64,000 nucleotides of DNA from Candidatus Poribacteria bacterium (GTDB lineage Bacteria > Poribacteria > WGA-4E > PCPOR2b). Below, one piece after another: positions 47,303 through 55,805 of the stretch. The number at the start of each line of letters is the position of its first letter. Within the stretch, counting starts at the first letter, position 1. A model generated the notes under the pieces. The model was not told where the DNA came from. It was given only the letters and a program-made list of their open reading frames with translations, and searched no databases. The stretch spans positions 768,001 to 832,000 of the forward strand of contig OZ242351.1 in the NCBI GenBank assembly GCA_965208675.1, written 5' to 3'. A program made the translations under genes and the position numbers.

Positions 47303-48550
47303 GTGAAATGTGTCATCAACATCTCACTCATTTTGAGTCTGCTTTTCTGTTTCTTCGTGCTCGAAATTGAGGCGGAACCGTCGTCAACCGTCGCAATACT
47401 CGGTGCATTCGATGAAGAAATCAGACTCCTTGAGGGTCAGCTTGCAAATTCAACGACCCACACAATCGAAAAACTGCGATTTGTGACAGGTTTACTCAAC
47501 GAACAAAATGTGGTAATCGCGACCACTGGCATCGGCAAGGTCAATGCAGCAATGACTGCGACTCTTGCCATTGAGCATTTTCGCCCAAATCAAGTTATCT
47601 TTACAGGAGTAGCTGGCGGTCTCAACTCAGATTTGAATTTAGGAGATATTGTTATTGCGGAGCGGACAGCCCAACACGATTTGGGTAAATTGGCGTCCGT
47701 AGAAATCGAAAATTTTGGCGTGCGGAACCCGATTACCGGGAAACGAAATCCTGTTTTCTTTCCAGCCGATCCGAGGCTTTTACAAGCCGCTCAGACCGCT
47801 CAAGAACGGGTTGAACTGAGTCCATTAGACACGCCCGACGGCCAGCGTCACCCGCGAATCGTCACGGGCACAGTCGTGACCGGCGATATTTTTGTCGCAT
47901 TTGATGCCAAAAGGACAACCTTGCATGAAAATCTCGGAGGGGACGCAGTAGAGATGGAGGGCGCATCGGTCGCGCAGATTTGCTGGCAGCACAATATACC
48001 TTGCTTGGTAATACGCAGCCTCAGCGATTACGCGGGTTCGAACGCTACCGACGACTTCAAGAAATACTACAAAATCGCGGCCCGCAACTCGGCGGCGTTA
48101 GTGACCCAGATTGTCGACGAACTCCGTTCCTCCGAATCGCTTCCGTGGGAATCTAAACAAGATGGAAGACTTACCGACAATGAAAAGAAATTTCAAGAAA
48201 TGCTTTCGAACGTAACTTTGGTTGGCAACTTCACAGTCGCGGGACAGGAAGATCAGCGTGCACTCCATGAAGAAAAATACACTATCGAAAGAGTCTCAAA
48301 ATTGGGTGGCGGCCGCTGGTTATTCGCTGCACGAGTTCAATACGCTGGGCGAGACGTAACAGTACCGCTACCGCTCGAAGTCAAATGGGCGGATGACACA
48401 CCCATTATCACACTCACCGATATGGAATTGCCTCAGCTAGGAACTTACACGGCGAGAGTCTTAATGTATCGCGGCATATACGCCGGCACCTGGAGCAGCG
48501 AAAAGCACGGCGGGCACCTGTTCGGGAAAATTATCAAGAATTCTGATTAA
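47303..48550 (+). CDS. mtnN: Secreted 5'-methylthioadenosine/SAH nucleosidase fused to a C-terminal beta-rich domain
   Basis: AILGAFDEE, GIGKVNAA, FTGVAGG, TGDIFV, AVEMEGASVAQ, VIRSLSD.A; N-terminal signal peptide; about 130 extra C-terminal residues. Confidence 0.88.
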   Translation: MKCVINISLILSLLFCFFVLEIEAEPSSTVAILGAFDEEIRLLEGQLANSTTHTIEKLRFVTGLLNEQNVVIATTGIGKVNAAMTATLAIEHFRPNQVIFTGVAGGLNSDLNLGDIVIAERTAQHDLGKLASVEIENFGVRNPITGKRNPVFFPADPRLLQAAQTAQERVELSPLDTPDGQRHPRIVTGTVVTGDIFVAFDAKRTTLHENLGGDAVEMEGASVAQICWQHNIPCLVIRSLSDYAGSNATDDFKKYYKIAARNSAALVTQIVDELRSSESLPWESKQDGRLTDNEKKFQEMLSNVTLVGNFTVAGQEDQRALHEEKYTIERVSKLGGGRWLFAARVQYAGRDVTVPLPLEVKWADDTPIITLTDMELPQLGTYTARVLMYRGIYAGTWSSEKHGGHLFGKIIKNSD

Positions 48551-48834
48551 GCGCAAAATCAGGTGCCTCCGAATTATCTGCATTGTGACACTTGATATAT
48601 TCCATCAGAGATTGTAGTCTAATGACAATCTACATTTCCGCTCACGACTGGCTGGTTTCACCTGTAGCCAACGTTTGTCGCTCGCGTTACTGTGCCCCAA
48701 TTTCAGAAAAGCACGGTGAATTGAGCGTAAATGCACCATTGAAAAATCTCGATACTGACATTTTGAATAGGCACACATTGTGTCTACGACTTACAGACTG
48801 AAGGATATTTGAACCCGAAACGGAGGCAAGACAC

Positions 48835-50877
48835 ATGAAAGCCAATGAAGAGAATTTACTGAAATTCTTGGATGGAACAAAACAGTTTATACTGCCAATT
48901 TATCAGCGTCGGTACAGTTGGACGAAAGAACAATGCAAACAGTTACTAGAAGACGTGTGTCGTATTGGGAAAAATGAGAATATCACGTCTCATTTCCTGG
49001 GATCAGTTGTTTCACGGGAAGAGGTTAGTACAAGGGTTCAACAGTTATGCGTCATTGACGGTCAACAGCGATTAACATCGGTTTCGCTATTGCTATCTGC
49101 GCTTGGCAGAGCCATTCAAGCAACGGGGGCGGATATTGGCATCGATCAAAACCGGATAAAAGGGTACTATCTATTCAATGAAAAAGAGGATGGAGATCTC
49201 CGTTACAAACAGATACTCACAACGCACGACAAGGAGACGCTGATTCAATTGTTGGAGGAGGGAGAATCTCCCGATAACTCTTCCCTGTTGACGAACAACT
49301 ACCAATTTTTTGAAGATAAGCTCAAGTCCGTCGATCTTAATGTGGTGTATAAAGGAATTGACAAGCTAATGATTGTCAGTATCGCCCTGGAATCTGCCTC
49401 TGACAATCCTCAGCTAATATACGAGAGTCTCAATTCCACTGGACTTAAACTTTCGCAAGCCGATTTAATTCGTAACTATGTGCTTATGGGACAGAAGTTC
49501 GATTTTCAAAAGAGCCTATATGAAATTTATTGGTATCCGATGGAGCAGCGTTTTGGAGAGGAGTACGCCAAACGATTTGACCTTTTTATAAGGGATTATC
49601 TGACTCTGAAGACTCGACAAATTCCGAATAAGGGTCAAGTTTACGAAAGTTTTAAACGGTATGTGGACGACAAGAGGAAGCCAGAAGACTTAAAGGCAGT
49701 CATCAAGGAAATCGTCGACTTCTCCGAACTCTATGTGCGCATAGTTTTACTCGAAGAACCTGACCGAGAACTTCATTCTTGCTTTGAGGACATTCATGCC
49801 CTTGGTGTAGAGGTCGTCATTCCGTATTTGCTTGGTATCTACGAGGATTATACTCTAGGAAAAATCGAGAAGGCGGAGGTTATCAGGATTCTCCAGCTTA
49901 TTGAGAGCTATGTCTTTCGTCGTGCGATATGTGACATTCCCACGAATATCTTGAATAAAACCTTCGCGGGACTTATTGGCCAAATCGACGGGGGAGAACA
50001 CTTGCAAAGCCTGAAAATTAGTTTCTCGAAAATGAGTGGGAGGAGCCTTTTCCCAAAAGATGATGATTTTCGGCAGGAATTCCAGACTAAAGACGTTTAT
50101 AACCTCCGAACTCGCAATTATTTACTACGCAAGCTAGAGAACTATGAACGCAAAGAACCGATTCGTGTTAAAGACTACACAATTGAGCATGTGATGCCGC
50201 AAAGTCTGTCTGAAGAATGGCAGGCGGAGTTGGGCGAAAACTGGAGAAACACTCATGAAAAATATCTTCACACGATTGGAAATCTCACTCTTACGGGATA
50301 CAATCCGGAGCTAAGTAACAGTACATTCCTAGAAAAACAGAACATGAATGGCGGTTTTCTCGACAGCCCGTTGCGCTTAAATGAAAGCCTTCGCGAGGTA
50401 GAGCGGTGGAATGAGTATGTTATTGTTAAACGAGCGGAGATTTTATCGGAAAAAGCACTTAACATCTGGCGTTACCACGGGATAACAAGAGTAATCGAAC
50501 CGTCTGGAAAAGAAAAATGGACAATAAATGACTTTTCTTATCTCACAGGTGACATGCTGGACCTTTTTGAACAGTTAAGGCACAGTATTGTGTGCTTGGC
50601 TGCTTCTATTGAAGAACAGATTAACAAACATTACATTGTTTTCAAGTCAAATAAGATCTTTGTAAGTATTACACCGCAAGCAAAACGCCTCCTATTGATC
50701 TTAAACTTGCCCTTCGCCGAAATCAGTGACCCGAAAAGACAGTGCAGAGACGTTGCACATATCGGAAAATTAGGCCATGGAGATGTTCAGGTCGGCATCG
50801 CTTCAAAAGACGAAATTGACTACATCATGTTCCTGATTCGCCAAGCGTACGAAAAACGAAAATCAGACAGGATGTGA
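48835..50877 (+). CDS. gmrSD: GmrSD-family type IV restriction endonuclease (DUF262 + DUF1524/HNH + DUF5655-like)
   Basis: PIYQRRYSW, IDGQQRLT, ESLNSTG..LS..DLIRN, IEHVMPQ...IGNLTL..YNPELSN; more AT-rich than neighbouring genes. Confidence 0.9.
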   Translation: MKANEENLLKFLDGTKQFILPIYQRRYSWTKEQCKQLLEDVCRIGKNENITSHFLGSVVSREEVSTRVQQLCVIDGQQRLTSVSLLLSALGRAIQATGADIGIDQNRIKGYYLFNEKEDGDLRYKQILTTHDKETLIQLLEEGESPDNSSLLTNNYQFFEDKLKSVDLNVVYKGIDKLMIVSIALESASDNPQLIYESLNSTGLKLSQADLIRNYVLMGQKFDFQKSLYEIYWYPMEQRFGEEYAKRFDLFIRDYLTLKTRQIPNKGQVYESFKRYVDDKRKPEDLKAVIKEIVDFSELYVRIVLLEEPDRELHSCFEDIHALGVEVVIPYLLGIYEDYTLGKIEKAEVIRILQLIESYVFRRAICDIPTNILNKTFAGLIGQIDGGEHLQSLKISFSKMSGRSLFPKDDDFRQEFQTKDVYNLRTRNYLLRKLENYERKEPIRVKDYTIEHVMPQSLSEEWQAELGENWRNTHEKYLHTIGNLTLTGYNPELSNSTFLEKQNMNGGFLDSPLRLNESLREVERWNEYVIVKRAEILSEKALNIWRYHGITRVIEPSGKEKWTINDFSYLTGDMLDLFEQLRHSIVCLAASIEEQINKHYIVFKSNKIFVSITPQAKRLLLILNLPFAEISDPKRQCRDVAHIGKLGHGDVQVGIASKDEIDYIMFLIRQAYEKRKSDRM

Positions 50878-51092
50878 GTTACGCACCTACAATCTCCGAT
50901 TGTGCGACCTACAGAGACATTTCTAATGTTATGGATAGCGTCTATTGCCGAAATATATTGGAAATCCGCAACATGGCGTTTCACTTGGACGCTTTGTAGT
51001 AATTGAGTTAGTTAATGTGACACATAAGCGGACATTTCAGTAGACACAGTTCTTTTGATATAGTACGCCACACAGGCACGATTCATCAATTC

Positions 51093-53846
51093 ATGACACT
51101 CCTCCAACCAATCTGGCTATTACTATGTATACCGCTTGGCGTATCGCTGTGGGTCTGGAAACCGAGTTCGCGGTTACTCTGGATATTGCGGTTCGTAATA
51201 TTATCTCTAGTCCTGTTAGCGATGTGCGGGCTTGCCGTGGAATTGCCGAGACGGGCCGGCACCATTGTCGTCATCGCGGACCGTAGCTTGTCGATGCCGC
51301 ACGGCAGCGAAGCTAGGCAGAAAGAAGCTATTGATTTAATACAGAGCGAGATGCCGAGCGATTCCCGCCTTGGCGTCGTCTCCTTTGGACGTGTGTCCGC
51401 GGTCGAACAGTCACCGCAAAGTGGAAAGTTCGCGGGTTTTGTCAACGAGGTGAACGGCGATGCGTCGGATCTAAACGCCGCAGTTGCGCAAGCCATTGCA
51501 CTCATACCGCGAGATTCGCCCGGCAGAGTGATTCTTCTGTCGGACGGCAGATGGACTAGTAACGACCCGATGGACACAGCAGCCCAAGCCGCAGCGCGAG
51601 GTATCCCCATTGATTACCGCGCCATGCGCCGGAACTCCGTAAACGATGTTGCCATCTCCCATGTAGATGCCCCCGATGTTGCAACACCCGGTGAATCGTT
51701 TATGATTGCCGCATGGATACACGCGCCGATTTCAGGAGAAATTTCATACGAGTTGTTGCGTAATAATCAACGCCTAACGGCTGGCAAGCGGAGCGTTCCA
51801 TCCGGGTTGAGCCGGCTGATTTACCGGGACAAAGCCGCGCAACCGGGTACTCATCAATACGCTGTGCGAATTGCGGGAAGCGAATCCGACCCGGTGCCAG
51901 AGAACAATACGGCAAAGGTCTTGATCGGTATTCAAGGGGCTCGCCCCATTCTTCATATCACAACCACTTCCAATACTGGGTTGGCGAATCTGCTGAAAGC
52001 GGGCGGTTTGGATGTAAAATCCGCACCGCCGTCGGCATACATCTGGTCGCTTGATGGACTTTCCGGATTTTCGGCAGTGCTGGTAGAGAATGTGTTCGCG
52101 GGTGAGATTGGCCTCCACGGCATGGAAAATCTTGCCGCTTGGGTCAGAGAGACTGGGTCGGGGTTCATGATGACCGGCGGCAAACACGCCTATGGACCGG
52201 GCGGCTATTTCAAATCTCCGCTCGAGCCAATCATGCCGCTCTCCATGGAGTTGAGACGCGAACATCGGAAGCTGTCGCTCGCGATAGTGGTGGCGATGGA
52301 CCGGTCCGGCAGTATGTCAATGCCGGTAGGCGGCGGCAGGACGAAAATAGATCTCGCAAATCTCGCGACAGCGGAAGTTTTTGACATGTTGTCACCGACG
52401 GATGAGTTTGGCGTAATTGCGGTCGACAGCGCCCCGCACATTATTGCCAACCTCGCGCCTGTTGACAAACTAGGAGGCACCCGGAGCAGAATCCTTCGAA
52501 TTGCTTCACAGGGCGGCGGTATCTTCGTCTACGAAGCACTTAGCGCCGCATCTTCAATGTTACTCCGCGCTCAAGCCGGTACGCGGCACATCATTCTGTT
52601 TGCGGATGCCGCCGATTCCGAGCAACCCGGACGCTATATAGAGTTGTTGGAGGAATGTCGAAAAGCTAACATTACTGTCAGCGTCGTAGGACTCGGAACA
52701 CCGTCCGATGTCGACGCTGGACTGCTGCGTGACATCGCCCGGCGCGGCGAGGGGCGTTGCTTTTTTACCGAAGATGCCGAAGAGTTGCCGCGTCTGTTCG
52801 CTCAGGACACGTTTGTGGTGGCGCGCAGCACGTTTGTTGACGAACCCACGCCGATTAAAACCACAGGCGGGATGGCTGCGTTGACCGGCGCTCAATATCA
52901 GATTCCGTCCTCTATCGGCGGGTACAACTTATGTTACATTCGTCCCGACGCAAACCTCGCTGCCGTGACCTTGGACGAATACAAGGCGCCTGTGGTAGCG
53001 GCGTGGCAGGCGGGTACTGGACGGGTGCTCTGCTATACAGGAGAAGCGGACGGGGCGCACACCGGCGCAATTGCCAATTGGAATGGTATTGGAAACCTGT
53101 TCACGAGCTTAGCACGCTGGACTGCTGGAGATTCTGGCAACCTCCCCGATGGGATGTTGCTCACACAAAAGGTCAGAAACGGCGTCGGCAAAATACAACT
53201 TCATCTCGACCCGGAACGAGAGGGTGAAATGTTCAGGGATCTACCTAGCGTGACTGTTCTACGCGGCGTAGTTGGAGAAAAGCCGACCGTGAGTAAAACA
53301 AAGTTGTCATGGACATCCGCCGACTCGCTCACTGCGGATGTTCCCATACACGGCGGTGAAACAGCGCTAGCGACCGTGGAGGTACCGGGGGCTGGAACTG
53401 TATCGCTGCCGCCGATTTGCCTGCCTTATTCACCGGAGTTTAAGCCCGCGCCGGACGAATCCGGTCTAGCGACATTGGAAAGGCTTGCCAAAACGTCCGA
53501 GGGAAAATCGAGAGTCAGCCTCGGTAGTATTTGGGACGATTTGCCGCGCAATCCCCGTCTAATAGGTCTCGCACCGTGGTTACTGATCGCGGCGCTTCTC
53601 CTTCTGCTGCTCGAAACACTCGAACGCCGTACAGGGTTGTTTTCCATGAAACGGACGTACAGAGTGGTAGAAGCAGTTTCGCAACGAATACCCCGAAAGG
53701 CGCGCCGCACATCGAGGACGATTTCATCGCCCGTAAAAACATCGCCGCACACTTCTCCAGAACCGGAGGGTAGCGTGGAGCGGGATGGAATGCTAGACGC
53801 CTTAACCCAAGCGCGAAGGCGTGCCAGCGGACGGACAGGGCAGTGA
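51093..53846 (+). CDS. Membrane-anchored double-vWA / GATase-like domain protein
   Basis: MIDAS motifs DRSLSM and DRSGSM, LLSDG, MTGG..AYGPGGY, LE...P, C-terminal TM with ERR. Confidence 0.9.
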   Translation: MTLLQPIWLLLCIPLGVSLWVWKPSSRLLWILRFVILSLVLLAMCGLAVELPRRAGTIVVIADRSLSMPHGSEARQKEAIDLIQSEMPSDSRLGVVSFGRVSAVEQSPQSGKFAGFVNEVNGDASDLNAAVAQAIALIPRDSPGRVILLSDGRWTSNDPMDTAAQAAARGIPIDYRAMRRNSVNDVAISHVDAPDVATPGESFMIAAWIHAPISGEISYELLRNNQRLTAGKRSVPSGLSRLIYRDKAAQPGTHQYAVRIAGSESDPVPENNTAKVLIGIQGARPILHITTTSNTGLANLLKAGGLDVKSAPPSAYIWSLDGLSGFSAVLVENVFAGEIGLHGMENLAAWVRETGSGFMMTGGKHAYGPGGYFKSPLEPIMPLSMELRREHRKLSLAIVVAMDRSGSMSMPVGGGRTKIDLANLATAEVFDMLSPTDEFGVIAVDSAPHIIANLAPVDKLGGTRSRILRIASQGGGIFVYEALSAASSMLLRAQAGTRHIILFADAADSEQPGRYIELLEECRKANITVSVVGLGTPSDVDAGLLRDIARRGEGRCFFTEDAEELPRLFAQDTFVVARSTFVDEPTPIKTTGGMAALTGAQYQIPSSIGGYNLCYIRPDANLAAVTLDEYKAPVVAAWQAGTGRVLCYTGEADGAHTGAIANWNGIGNLFTSLARWTAGDSGNLPDGMLLTQKVRNGVGKIQLHLDPEREGEMFRDLPSVTVLRGVVGEKPTVSKTKLSWTSADSLTADVPIHGGETALATVEVPGAGTVSLPPICLPYSPEFKPAPDESGLATLERLAKTSEGKSRVSLGSIWDDLPRNPRLIGLAPWLLIAALLLLLLETLERRTGLFSMKRTYRVVEAVSQRIPRKARRTSRTISSPVKTSPHTSPEPEGSVERDGMLDALTQARRRASGRTGQ

Positions 53847-53923
53847 ACGTAAAATTATTCAAATATCTTGAATTTTTCGATGCAGATGCGCTAGAATTAA
53901 CACCGACAACGGAGAGGTGTTTT

Positions 53924-54601
53924 ATGTTCATTCGATATCTAATTCTCTTCCTGCTATCGGTGGTAACTATGTACGGATGGGCGGATGTGGATGAATCATT
54001 ATCCACACAGCAGCAAGCCAACCGACCGACCTCCGTAACGCCTGCCTGAAGTGCCTGACCGGGCGAAGGCGCGCCGCTTCGGGGAAGCGGAATTCAGAAA
54101 AATTGGGCAATTTCATGGCGTTATATCCGCACCGAGTTGGACCGGCCTCGCTGGCGGACAACACTGAACTACGCGGTGGCAAATAGACTTCAACTCGGCG
54201 TCGAATTCAATCCCGCTGCTCGAGAGTTCGCACCGCTCGCCAACTTTTTTCTTTTCACTGAAACGAACGTCCGACCCGCGGCGGTTATAGGAACAAGTTC
54301 AGACCGTGTCGGGTCGCCGCCGAAGGAACAAGCATACTTTTTGACAATCGCCAAGCGTCTGCCGAGCGTGCCGATTTCGGCCTATGCAACCATCAACTAC
54401 TCTGAATGGGACGACGGGTTCAATTTCCCTTTCGGTGCTAGCATTGCCTTCGGTAAAGGCTTCACTTTACGCGGCATGTACGACGGAGATCTCCCCCACG
54501 TGATGTTGAACTACTACTATAAAGAGCTCAGCTTAAGTCTAATGTACATAAGTATCGATCAATCGCAAAGGCCGGGCATCGCGCTGTCCTCATCATTCTA
54601 A
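53924..54601 (+). CDS. Putative selenoprotein (UxxU motif), secreted, with C-terminal outer-membrane beta-barrel-like domain
   Basis: GGAGAGG RBS before ATG 53924; signal peptide; in-frame TGA at 54047-54049 and 54056-54058 (TPA-U-SA-U-PGEG). The frame then stays open to 54601 and ends ...GIALSSSF. Confidence 0.75.
54059..54090 (+). other. Putative bacterial SECIS element
   Basis: CCGCTTC-GGG-GAAGCGG hairpin (54074-54090) with a G-rich loop 22 nt after the second UGA and 31 nt after the first. Confidence 0.6.
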
Positions 54602-54632
54602 CCATTTTAATTGCCTGTTCACAACGTGTCAG

Positions 54633-55505
54633 ATGGACGAGACTTTCCGCCAATATCTCATAGACGGCGAACGCGCAGGGACGCAGTACACACTCACTGC
54701 ACCGCGCAATGTGCCCTTTGGGTTAGCCGGAAATCTAACAGGGAAGCGTCCGGGGAGTTCACTGGAGTTTATCGACCACCGGGAATACCAACCGGGCGAC
54801 GACCTGCGAAGAATTGACTGGGGCGGCTTCGCCCGAAGCGATAAATTGACCGTAAAGTTGTACCGGGACGAAGTCAACCCGCATCTAGACCTTGTCATTG
54901 ATGGATCGCGCTCGATGTCTCTCGAAAATTGCCCCAAAGCGCAAGCTACGCTTGGGTTAGCAGCAGTTTTTGCAACGGCGGCTGAGAATGTCGGTTATTC
55001 CCATTCCGCCTGGATCGCCGGGGATGGATATCGCAGGGTGGGAAACGGCGCAGACCGACCCTCAATTTGGCAGGGAATAGACTTTGAATATCGGGGCGAC
55101 CCTTCCACGTCTTTCGCCAAGCTCCCTCCGTCGTGGCGTCCCTATGGGATGCGCGTGTTACTTAGCGACCTGCTCTGGCCGAGCGACCCGACCGCGGCGC
55201 TGTCTCGATTCGGTGAACGCGCCGCCGCCGTCATTCTGGTCCAAATCTTATCGGAGGTAGACGTCAATCCCATCGAACGCGGCAACATTCGACTTGTCGA
55301 TTCAGAAACCGATGATGTGCAAGAAATATTCTTGGACGCGGTTGCTGAAAAGCGGTACCGCGCCGCATTCGCACACCATCAGGAGAACTGGAATCTCGCC
55401 GCGAAACGCGCTGGAATTGTGATGACAACAGTTATGGCTGAGCACATCCTGAGCGATTGGAGATTAGAAACGCTGGTTGGCGCTGAAGTGCTAAACATGG
55501 CATAG
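54633..55505 (+). CDS. DUF58 domain protein (MoxR partner)
   Basis: GSSLEFIDHREYQPGDDLRRIDW..FARSDKL.VK, IDGSRSM, LLSDLL. Confidence 0.93.
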   Translation: MDETFRQYLIDGERAGTQYTLTAPRNVPFGLAGNLTGKRPGSSLEFIDHREYQPGDDLRRIDWGGFARSDKLTVKLYRDEVNPHLDLVIDGSRSMSLENCPKAQATLGLAAVFATAAENVGYSHSAWIAGDGYRRVGNGADRPSIWQGIDFEYRGDPSTSFAKLPPSWRPYGMRVLLSDLLWPSDPTAALSRFGERAAAVILVQILSEVDVNPIERGNIRLVDSETDDVQEIFLDAVAEKRYRAAFAHHQENWNLAAKRAGIVMTTVMAEHILSDWRLETLVGAEVLNMA

Positions 55506-55611
55506 CCACTTAATATAACCGAAAACTATCACATTCAATCTGCGGACTAGTCGAATCAACATCTTGATATATAGCAATCGAATAAACTTTTTATATTATA
55601 TAGATTCACGC

Positions 55612-55641
55612 TTGACCTAACTTGCGGACTCATTATATAAT
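55612..55641 (+). promoter_or_regulatory. Sigma70-type promoter upstream of the TonB receptor gene
   Basis: TTGACC-18 nt-TATAAT. Confidence 0.45.
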
Positions 55642-55805
55642 ACCCGTTGATCCCTACGGATTTGAGCGCTGAAACACGATCCATGACGCCAATTCCTCGC
55701 AAAGCAATTTTTCGATTGATAAATCTACCGTAAATTCTGATTCCGAGTTGCTGCTTACGAGCGCAGCCATCAACAACCTTTCTTAGTACATAAGGAGATT
55801 CCAAA

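Noticed and set aside
53843-54601. Two separate small ORFs or a nonsense pseudogene
   Set aside because: Both stops are UGA, in CxxC spacing, in one frame and followed by a SECIS-like hairpin, so recoding is the better (though unproven) explanation. A UGA=Trp/Gly genetic code is unlikely because many genes here end in TGA.
55642-55805. Cobalamin or other riboswitch before the TonB receptor
   Set aside because: No B12-box or other recognisable riboswitch consensus seen; an Rfam search would be needed.
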